From the NCBI GenBank assembly GCA_002269645.1, contig NIVC01004110.1:1-60353 (forward strand): DNA of 60,353 nt, given 5' to 3'. The position numbers and the translations under genes are program-made. Each line of letters starts with the position of its first letter. Position 1 is the stretch's first letter. Source of the stretch: Macrostomum lignano (Eukaryota). The notes beneath the pieces are model-generated. The model was not told where the DNA came from, ran no database searches, and was given only the letters and a program-made list of their open reading frames with translations. Shown here one piece after another: positions 35,085 to 45,658 of this stretch.

Positions 35085-35570
35085 GTGAGGTCATGCAGGC
35101 TAAATGATTGGGGATTGGGTGTCCTGAGGTCACTTCAGGTCATGTAGGCTAAATAATTGGGGATTGGGTGTCTTGAGGTCACTTAAGGTCATGCAGGGTA
35201 AATAATTGGGGATTGGGTGTCTTGAGGTCACTTCAGGTCATGTAGGCTAAATAATTGGGGATTGGGTGTCTTGAGGTCACTTCAGGTCATGCAGGCTAAA
35301 TGATTGGGGATTGGGTGTCCTGAGGTCACTTCAGGTCAAGCAGGCGATTGGGGTGTGTCTTGAGGTCACCTGAGGTCAAGCAGGCTATATGATTGGCGAT
35401 TGGGTGTCTTGAGGTCACCTGAGGTCAAGCAGGCTATATGATTGGCGATTGGGTGTCTTAAGGTCACTTCAGGTCATGCAGGCTAAATGATTTGGGGTTG
35501 GGAGTCTTGAGGTCACGGTCACGTGAGGTCATGCAGACTATATGATTGGCGATTGGGTGTCTTGGGAGTC
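35085..35570. repeat. 49-bp minisatellite (AGGTCACTTCAGGTCATGCAGGCTAAATGATTGGGGATTGGGTGTCTTG)n; copies at ~39683-40168 and ~48654-49139
   Basis: Period 49 (for example 35101 and 35150). Confidence 0.92.
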
Positions 35571-35588
35571 TTACACATATAGTGCACA

Positions 35589-36367
35589 TATTTGCTGGAG
35601 AACGGGAAGAAGGTTAGCAAGGTTTATTAAGCATGGTAGCACTCACCATGGCAGAGACATGATTTATATACATGCTACTTAGTATCCAAAGAATTAGCTT
35701 CAAATTCTCCCCTATAATAGCCGGGGCTCTGAGCACTGCCGCAAATCAAACAAGCCAGCTGGCAGGCAAGCAGTTTGGCCCAGTTCCGCCCAGTTCCGCC
35801 CACGCCCACAGTAAACATTGTGACTTGCCCCGCCCGAAATCGCACAAGTCCCTCCCCTGGTCAATTGCATAATGCTAATGCAATTATCTCAGTTTGCACT
35901 ACTTACAGCAACAGTAGTATATGTACAGTATAGCTAGCATACTTCTGTTTCGCCTAAATCCGGCACTGCCTGACCACACCTTTGCCCTCAGATTGGCGAG
36001 CTGCAGGAGCAGGTGGACCGGGCGGTCTCAGACCAGACCAGGCTGGACCAGGAGCTCGAGTTCCTGGCCTCGCAGCAGCAGGAGCTGGAAGAGGCCCTGG
36101 CGCCCCTGGAGCAGGCGGTGCAGGCCATGCCGCCCACCGGCCAGTCGCAGGCGGACAGGGAGCGGGAGGCGCTGTTCAACCTGACGGAGAGTCTGGACTC
36201 TGAGCTGCGGCATTCGATGCAGGAGGTTCGAGAAGCTGTGGAATATGTCAACAGCCAGCAGGGCGGCGGCGGCTCCGGCAGCAGCGGCGAGGGGGACGCC
36301 ATGGGCAAAATCAGCCGGATTTTGGGTGCCCACCTCGAGTCGCTGCAGTGGATCACCCACACCACGC
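35589..36367 (+). pseudogene. nup62: 5'-truncated nup62 fragment: last 24 nt of exon 1 plus exon 2 (35992-36367); exon 3 deleted
   Basis: Identical to 27137-27915 at offset 8452. Confidence 0.9.
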
Positions 36368-39073
36368 GTGAGTTGGCGATTGGGATATGGTGGGTTTTTC
36401 GCTGGGTAAAGAACTTTTAACACGGCGGAGTTTGTGTGCAGTTTTTGTTGTTGTCAGGGTGTGGGGTTGTCAGGGTGTGGGGTTGTCAATGTGTGTTGTG
36501 TTGGCAGGGTGAGGTTGTCAAGGTGTGAAGTTGTCAACGTGAGGTTGTCAGGGTGAGAGGTTGTCAGGGTGAGGTTGTCAGGGTGTGGGGTTGTCAGGGT
36601 GTGGAGTTGTCAGGGTGAGAGGTTGTCAGGGTGTTAGGTTGTCAGGGTGTGGGTTGACAATGTGTGTTGTGTGGGCAGGGTGTGAGGTTGTCAGGGTGAG
36701 AGGTTGTCAGGGTTCGGGGTTGTCAATGTGTGTTGTTTTGTCAGGGTGTGAGTTTGTCAGGGTGTGAGGTTGTCAGGGTGTGGGGTTGTCAATGTGTGTT
36801 GTGTTGGCAGGGTGTGAGGTTGTCAGGGTGAGAGGTTGTCAGGGTGTTAGGTTGTCAGGGTGAGAGGTTGTCAGGGTGTTAGGTTGTCAGGGTGAGAGGT
36901 TGTCAGGGTGTGGGGTTGTCAATGTGTGTTGTGTTGGCATGGTGTAATGTTGTCAGGGTGAGAGGTTGTCAATGTGTGTTGTGTTGGCAGGGTGTGAGGT
37001 TGTCAGGGTTCGGGTTGTCAATGTGTGTTGTTTTGTCAGGGTGTGAGGTTGTCAGGGTGTTAGGTTGTCAGGGTGTGGGGTTGTCAATGTGTGTTGTGTT
37101 GGCAGGGTGTGAGGTTGTCAGGGTGAGAGGTTGTCAGGGTGTTAGGTTGTCAGGGTGAGAGGTTGTCAGGGTGTTAGGTTGTCAGGGTGAGAGGTTGTCA
37201 GGGTGTGGGGTTGTCAATGTGTGTTGTGTTGGCATGGTGTAATGTTGTCAGGGTGAGAGGTTGTCAATGTGTGTTGTGTTGGCAGGGTGTGAGGTTGTCA
37301 GGGTGAGAGGTTGTCAGGGTGAGAGGTTGTCAGGGTGTGAGTTTGTCAGGGTGTGAGGTTGTCAGGGTGTGGGGTTGTCAGGGTGAGAGGTTGTCAGGGT
37401 GTGGGTTGACAATGTGTGTTGTGTGGGCAGGGTGTGAGGTTGTCAGGGTTCGGGGTTGTCAATGTGTTTTGTTTTGTCAGGGTGTGAGGTTGTCAGGGTG
37501 AGAGGTTGTCAGGGTGTTAGGTTGTCAGGGTGTGGGGTTGTCAATGTGTGTTGTGTTGGCAGGGTGTAATGTTGTCAGGGTGAGAGGTTGTCAATGTGTG
37601 TTGTGTTGGCAGGGTGAGAGGTTGTCAGGGTGTTAGGTTGTCAAGGTGAGAGGTTGTCAATGTGTGTTGTTTTGTCAGGGTGTGAGGTTGTCAGGGTGAG
37701 AGGTTGTCAGGGTGTGGGTTGACAATGTGTGTTGTGTGGGCAGACAATGTGTGTTGTGTGGGCAGGGTGTGAGATTGTCAGGGTTCGGGGTTGTCAATGT
37801 GTGTTGTTTTGTCAGGGTCTGAGTTTGTCAGGGTGTGAGGTTGTCAGGGTGAGAGGTTTAGGGATGGGGGTTGAGGATTAGGGGTGGGGGTTGAGGATTA
37901 GGGGTGGGGGTTGAGGATTAGGGATGGACTAAGGGTTAAGAATGAGTTGCGGATTAAAGATGGATTAAGGATGGTTAAGTCTGAGCTAAATGAGTATTAA
38001 GGATGAGTTGCGATCATAGATTGAGAAGATTCTCAGACGTCACAAGTAGAGTTGCTAACTAATAGCAATATTAGACTACATGGATGAAGTTAAACATGTG
38101 CCGCAGACTTATCAATTACTAATGAATAGAAAATGGTTTCAGTCAGAGGGTCACTTTTGTCTAAATTCATCCAAGCCTTCTAATTAAAGAATGCGCCGGA
38201 TTTCCGGGTTGCCAATAGCAACAGAAAATCAGCCTTAATAAATAATTTATAAATCTGTCCTATTCCAAATCGGATTCATTTTCAGCAGACAAAATAGCTG
38301 GACAACTAAAGCCTATGTAATCGGTCTCATTAGCTTAATTTATTAATGAGATACTCTAAACAAACCCTCAGACAGTGGTTGCCAAGGCGACTGGAAGGAA
38401 TAGAAAGGGAAAATGATATCTATGTGACTGGCTAATTAGCATAATTAGCGACACGGCGACGCTATTGCATAAACACAGATTGCCCCGTAACTTGGCCGAG
38501 GAGTAACGGGCATTCGGTCTCCAGTAGTCAAGGGAACGCCTAGCAAAAACAGCTGCCTCGCTAGCAGCCCCAAATCTATTCCATCTGAAAAAAAACAGAA
38601 AAACAGACAGAGGGGAAGTCAAGCGGAAGGGAAGACATGCTAAGGGAAGCCAGGTAAATAAGAAGACAGGTAGAGGGAAAGGCAGGCAGAGGGGAAGACA
38701 GGCAAGGAAAGACAGGCAAAGGGAAAGATAGGTAGAGGGGAAGACAGGTAGAGGGGAAGACAGGTACAGAGGAAGACAGGTAGAGAGGAAGACAGGGAGC
38801 GGGGAAGACAGGTACAGAGGAAGACAGGTAGAGAGGAAGACAGGTAGAGAGGAAGACAGGTACAGAGGAAGACAGGTAGAGAGGAAGACAGGGAGAGGGG
38901 AAGACAGGTAGAGAGGAAGACAGGGAGAGGGTAAGACAGGGAGAGAGGAAGACAGGGAGAGGGGAAGACAGGTAGAGACTCCCAATCCCAAGACACACTA
39001 CACACTGGAGCACAAAAGGAGTGAGGTAAAGTGGCGGAGATGACAGTGAACAGAAGCTGTAAATTTTGCTCAC

Positions 39074-39599
39074 CTGCGAAGTCTTGATATGAAAGGGGAA
39101 GTTGGTGTTGGACACGGTCGGCCTGGTGATGACCAGATAGAACAGTTGGGCAGCGAACAGGATGCCCAGCTCAACAAAGTTGACGACCTTCTCTCTCATG
39201 TAGTCGGGCACCCTGGTGATGTTGATGGCCACGGCAATGGGGTGCTGAGCAGCCACAGAGAGAAGAAGGCCGCCATTGGCGCGTAGAACGAGCGCTTCCT
39301 GCGGTGCCTGACGAACGAGTAGCCGCAGCCGGCGATGTAGAACAACCAGGCGGCCAGCATCAGGGCGATGAGGCCGTAGCCCGGCTGGCTCTCCCACCTG
39401 TACAGCACCAGCGCCGGGTCGAAGGTGGCCGCCTCCACGGCGAAGAGGGCGACGTAGCCGACTGCGAATGCCGTCATGAAGACGGAGATGAGCGCCGTGG
39501 CCCAGGTGGGCAGCCGGCCGCAGGTGATTGTGTAGCCGAGGCTCAGCAGCAGCAGCATCATCACGAATGCGATGCTGGCCAGTGAGTGCAGCGCCGCGG
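39074..39599 (-). pseudogene. tmem145: Isolated duplicate of the tmem145 penultimate exon (one G fewer at 39239-39242)
   Basis: Matches 34475-35001 except for the 1-bp deletion. Confidence 0.9.
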
Positions 39600-40186
39600 C
39601 TGCGGGTGGGGTCATTTGAGGTCAGGCTGAGTGCATTGGGTCATGCAGAATAGATGAACTGCGATTGATTTTCTGATGTCACGTGAGGTCATGCAGGCTA
39701 AATGATTGGGGATTGGGTGTCCTGAGGTCACTTCAGGTCATGTAGGCTAAATAATTGGGGATTGGGTGTCTTGAGGTCACTTAAGGTCATGCAGGGTAAA
39801 TAATTGGGGATTGGGTGTCTTGAGGTCACTTCAGGTCATGTAGGCTAAATAATTGGGGATTGGGTGTCTTGAGGTCACTTCAGGTCATGCAGGCTAAATG
39901 ATTGGGGATTGGGTGTCCTGAGGTCACTTCAGGTCAAGCAGGCGATTGGGGTGTGTCTTGAGGTCACCTGAGGTCAAGCAGGCTATATGATTGGCGATTG
40001 GGTGTCTTGAGGTCACCTGAGGTCAAGCAGGCTATATGATTGGCGATTGGGTGTCTTAAGGTCACTTCAGGTCATGCAGGCTAAATGATTTGGGGTTGGG
40101 AGTCTTGAGGTCACGGTCACGTGAGGTCATGCAGACTATATGATTGGCGATTGGGTGTCTTGGGAGTCTTACACATATAGTGCACA

Positions 40187-43100
40187 TATTTGCTGGAGAA
40201 CGGGAAGAAGGTTAGCAAGGTTTATTAAGCATGGTAGCACTCACCATGGCAGAGACATGATTTATATACATGCTACTTAGTATCCAAAGAATTAGCTTCA
40301 AATTCTCCCCTATAATAGCCGGGGCTCTGAGCACTGCCGCAAATCAAACAAGCCAGCTGGCAGGCAAGCAGTTTGGCCCAGTTCCGCCCAGTTCCGCCCA
40401 CGCCCACAGTAAACATTGTGACTTGCCCCGCCCGAAATCGCACAAGTCCCTCCCCTGGTCAATTGCATAATGCTAATGCAATTATCTCAGTTTGCACTAC
40501 TTACAGCAACAGTAGTATATGTACAGTATAGCTAGCATACTTCTGTTTCGCCTAAATCCGGCACTGCCTGACCACACCTTTGCCCTCAGATTGGCGAGCT
40601 GCAGGAGCAGGTGGACCGGGCGGTCTCAGACCAGACCAGGCTGGACCAGGAGCTCGAGTTCCTGGCCTCGCAGCAGCAGGAGCTGGAAGAGGCCCTGGCG
40701 CCCCTGGAGCAGGCGGTGCAGGCCATGCCGCCCACCGGCCAGTCGCAGGCGGACAGGGAGCGGGAGGCGCTGTTCAACCTGACGGAGAGTCTGGACTCTG
40801 AGCTGCGGCATTCGATGCAGGAGGTTCGAGAAGCTGTGGAATATGTCAACAGCCAGCAGGGCGGCGGCGGCTCCGGCAGCAGCGGCGAGGGGGACGCCAT
40901 GGGCAAAATCAGCCGGATTTTGGGTGCCCACCTCGAGTCGCTGCAGTGGATCACCCACACCACGCGTGAGTTGGCGATTGGGATATGGTGGGTTTTTCGC
41001 TGGGTAAAGAACTTTTAACACGGCGGAGTTTGTGTGCAGTTTTTGTTGTTGTCAGGGTGTGGGGTTGTCAGGGTGTGGGGTTGTCAATGTGTGTTGTGTT
41101 GGCAGGGTGAGGTTGTCAAGGTGTGAGGTTGTCAACGTGAGGTTGTCAGGGTGAGAGGTTGTCAGGGTGAGGTTGTCAGGGTTTGGGGTTGTCAGGGTGT
41201 GGAGTTGTCAGGGTGAGAGGTTGTCAGGGTGTTAGGTTGTCAGGGTGTGGGTTGACAATGTGTGTTGTGTGGGCAGGGTGTGAGGTTGTCAGGGTGAGAG
41301 GTTGTCAGGGTTCGGGGTTGTCAATGTGTGTTGTTTTGTCAGGGTGTGAGTTTGTCAGGGTGTGAGGTTGTCAGGGTGTTAGGTTGTCAATGTGTGTTGT
41401 GTGGGCAGGGTGTGAGGTTGTCAGGGTTCGGGGTTGTCAATGTGTGTTGTTTTGTCAGGGTGTGAGGTTGTCAGGGTGTTAGGTTGTCAGGGTGTGGGGT
41501 TGTCAATGTGTGTTGTGTTGGCAGGGTGTGAGGTTGTCAGGGTGAGAGGTTGTCAGGGTGTTAGGTTGTCAGGGTGAGAGGTTGTCAGGGTGTGAGTTTG
41601 TCAGGGTGTGAGGTTGTCAGGGTGTGGGGTTGTCAGGGTGAGAGGTTGTCAGGGTGTGGGTTGACAATGTGTGTTGTGTGGGCAGGGTGTGAGGTTGTCA
41701 GGGTTCGGGGTTGTCAATGTGTTTTGTTTTGTCAGGGTGTGAGGTTGTCAGGGTGAGAGGTTGTCAGGGTGTTAGGTTGTCAGGGTGTGGGGTTGTCAAT
41801 GTGTGTTGTGTTGGCAGGGTGTAATGTTGTCAGGGTGAGAGGTTGTCAATGTGTGTTGTGTTGGCAGGGTGAGAGGTTGTCAGGGTGTTAGGTTGTCAAG
41901 GTGAGAGGTTGTCAATGTGTGTTGTTTTGTCAGGGTGTGAGGTTGTCAGGGTGAGAGGTTGTCAGGGTGTGGGTTGACAATGTGTGTTGTGTGGGCAGAC
42001 AATGTGTGTTGTGTGGGCAGACAATGTGTGTTGTGTGGGCAGGGTGTAATGTTGTCAGGGTGAGAGGTTGTCAATGTGTGTTGTGTTGGCAGGGTGTGAG
42101 GTTGTCAGGGTGAGAGGTTGTCAGGGTGTTAGGTTGTCAGGGTGAGAGGTTGTCAGGGTGTGAGTTTGTCAGGGTGTGAGGTTGTCAGGGTGTGGGGTTG
42201 TCAGGGTGAGAGGTTGTCAGGGTGTGGGTTGACAATGTGTGTTGTGTGGGCAGGGTGTAAGGTTGTCAGGGTTCGGGGTTGTCAATGTGTTTTGTTTTGT
42301 CAGGGTGTGAGGTTGTCAGGGTGAGAGGTTGTCAGGGTGTTAGGTTGTCAGGGTGTGGGGTTGTCAATGTGTGTTGTGTTGGCAGGGTGTAATGTTGTCA
42401 GGGTGAGAGGTTGTCAATGTGTGTTGTGTTGGCAGGGTGAGAGGTTGTCAGGGTGTTAGGTTGTCAAGGTGAGAGGTTGTCAATGTGTGTTGTTTTGTCA
42501 GGGTGTGAGGTTGTCAGGGTGAGAGGTTGTCAGGGTGTGGGTTGACAATGTGTGTTGTGTGGGCAGACAATGTGTGTTGTGTGGGCAGACAATGTGTGTT
42601 GTGTGGGCAGGGTGTGAGGTTGTCAGGGTTCGGGGTTGTCAATGTGTGTTGTTTTGTCAGGGTCTGAGTTTGTCAGGGTGTGAGGTTGTCAGGGTGAGAG
42701 GTTGTCAGGGTGTTAGGTTGTCAGGGTGTGGGGTTGTCAATGTGTGTTGTGTTGGAAGGGTGTGAGGTTGTCAGGGTGAGAGGTTGTCAGGGTGTTAGGT
42801 TGTCAGGGTGAGAGGTTGTCAGGGTGTGGGGTTGTCAATGTGTGTTGTGTTGGCAGGGTGTGGGGTTGTCAGGGTGAGAGGTTGTCAGGGTGTTAGGTTG
42901 TCAGGGTGAGAGGTTGTCAGGGTGTGGGGTTGTCAATGTGTGTTGTTTTGTCAGGGTGTGAGTTTGTCAGGGTGTGAGGTTGTCAGGGTGAGAGGTTGTC
43001 AGGGTGTTAGGTTGTCAGGGTGTGGGGTTGTCAATGTGTGTTGTTTTGTCAGGGTGTGAGTTTGTCAGGGTGTGAGGTTGTCAGGGTGAGAGGTCGTCAA

Positions 43101-43380
43101 TGTGTGCTGGGTTGTCAGGGTGTGAGGTTGTCAGGGTGTGGGGTTGTCAATGTGTGAGGTTGTCAGGGTGTGGGGTTGTCAGTGTGTGCTGGGTTGTCAG
43201 GATGTGGTGGATATCTTGCCAGCATAGTTGTCAGGTGTGCAGTGGTCAGGGTATTTGTATATTGGTTGTCAAAGTGTTCAGCTAAGAATGATGAACAATA
43301 ATTTGATTGCAGAATCCCTTCAGAGAAAGATGGACTCGCTGTCGGAAGAAATCAAACTGAAGCAGCGCAGCTTTATTTGA
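40187..43380 (+). pseudogene. nup62: 5'-truncated nup62 duplicate: exon 1 tail, exon 2 (40590-40965) and exon 3 (43313-43380)
   Basis: Near-identical to the parental 3' part; lacks the FG domain and start codon. Confidence 0.9.
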
Positions 43381-43660
43381 ACATTGGACTTCAATAATGT
43401 CGGCTTCTGTTGTGTACGAGTAATGAACTTCTATAATGATTCAAATGTCCCAGTGTCACCTTGGCTGCTAAGAAGTGCATTTTTCAATGACTACTTGTTT
43501 ACTAGTGTGCGTATACTTATAATCGTGTATGACAAAATAAATAGTCGAAAATTCAAGACACAAGTGCCGCTGCAATTGACTCATAAATTATCATTAACGC
43601 ATAAAATGCTGTCTTTCTCGTATCTTGTATTTATTTCATGCTAAATTAGGAACTCAAGAG

Positions 43661-44404
43661 TCAGCCGGCTATTGGAAGCTCCTTGGTGGCTGCTCTGCGC
43701 CTGGCGAATGACTCGAATAGAGTCCACCGCTGAGTCAGGGCTGAAGGCTTTCCGCTACCCGTCAGCTGCAGGTCCAGCCTGTCTATGGCCCAACCCTTGG
43801 ACAGGTTCGACGACGGCTGTGTGCTGAGTATGCTGGGCCTCATCTCCGCGGCGTCATTTGGTTGGGAAGAGGAGTCTGGCTTAGTGGCCGATCTGAAAGA
43901 AAAGTGCGAGAGTGCAAGTCTGCGAGCTGCGGGTTGCTTGCTCGACTTCAGGAAAAAATCCGCCTCACCCAGGCGAGTCCGTAGACGAAGCGTAGACGTA
44001 GAAGAGGCCGCTGGACTTGCTGCCCTGCAGCTCGCACTTGACCCGAATTTGCCGATTGGGCCCGCTGCCGGCCAGCTGGCTCAGATCCGTGAACTGATCG
44101 GCCTCGCGCCGGGTTACCAGCTTGGTGAGGCGGATCTGCTTGCCCAGAATCTGCTGCATCTGAGGATAATCCTGAACCAACTGCAGCGCCTGTGTGCAGT
44201 ACTCTGCCTGCAGCGACTTTCCTGCAATGTTTTCCATATTGAGACTGAGCCAAATTCCCATTTTTAGAGCTTGTCTGAGCACGATAAGCACAACTTACTA
44301 CTGGAATATTTGCTCCAAAAGTAGTATGTTGCGCAACCAGTCGCGGCCAGGATGTTAAACCGTAAAATGCCTGACATGCCCCCGGGACTGTGGCGCTTAA
44401 ACAT
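43661..44404 (-). CDS. coa1: COA1 homolog, copy 2 (complete)
   Basis: Exons 44404-44299, 44221-43969 and 43892-43661; same translation as copy 1 (offset 13296). Confidence 0.8.
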
Positions 44405-45658
44405 GTCTGGATTTTTGGTTTGAAAGAATGCTCAGCTGCATGAAAATGGTAGGTCAGGCTTGAGTAAATTGTCTCACCTATTAAAGCTTGTCTGGATTTC
44501 ACAAAGCAGCTGTTTCCAGCAACATGTAAAATAAAAAGCCCAAACAAAAAATAATTAATAATGCGGAGTCTGGAGACTCGATGACGCAGTGTAAGTGCGG
44601 TTGAGAAGGACATTATATTTCAGTGAAAACTGTGCATGCTTTTCCAAAACATCAATTAGATAGAAGTTATGAATAAATACGAATTGCACAATTGTAGTTG
44701 CAGTAACACAAATATCAAATAAAAAGTGCAGAAAACTGCTTTTATTCGTGAGTGAGTGCTTTTAAAGAGATAAAAGGCTCCTTCTAAAGAAAATTCTTTA
44801 TACGATTGCAGGAAATCAAAGCACTTAAAATCGTGACATTCAAGATAGAAAGTACATTAGCTCTAAGGCATTGGTAATCAATTCTAAAAAAACTATTAAA
44901 ATTATTGCTTTAAGAGCAACATAGCAAACCTGAAAAGGGCAAAAGCAGGTGCAAAACATTTTATACAATTCGGTGCAAAAGCAATGGCTGGATTTTTAAA
45001 TAGCTGGTCAGTGAAACACGAAAACTACAAGACACGTAAGATTTGAGTATTTGCTGTAAAATTCGGTAAAAAGTGAGAGAAAACACTGGACCCCAGAAAC
45101 AGCTGCATTGAATACAAAAAACAATATTGATACTTTGAACAGTTTAGTAAAGTATTGGAAGTGACGCTAGCAAAACAATTGGGGATACGGTGACCATAGC
45201 AACGGTTTTTGTTTACTTTAGATACGGCTTGTTGTAATCTAAACCTATCCAAATATACGCCAGGTCAATCACTGTGCTCATGCGCTCGTGTACTTATGTG
45301 CTCATGTAAACATGTGCTCATGTACACGTACTCATGTACTTATGTGCTCATGTACACATTTGCTCATGTACTTATGTGGTCATGTACACATTTGCTCATG
45401 TACTTATGTGCCCATGTACAAGTACTCATGTGCTCATGTACACATTTGCTCATGTGCTTATGTGCTCATGTACACGTACTCATGTACTCATGTACACATA
45501 TACTCATGTGCTCATGTAGACATGTACTCATGTGCTAACGTACACGTGCTCATGTACACATTTCCCACCTATCGTCAACATGATGGACATTCAGTACCTT
45601 CGACGCGACGATCAAAGCATTAAAAAGAGAATTTCAGCCTCTACTGTCAATCAATCAA

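Larger units (their letters stand above)
32363..35586 (-). pseudogene. tmem145: 5'-truncated duplicate of tmem145: last two exons (35001-34475, 33109-32363), both frame-intact
   Basis: Near-identical to the parental exons; cut at the junction 12 nt inside the upstream exon. Confidence 0.85.
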
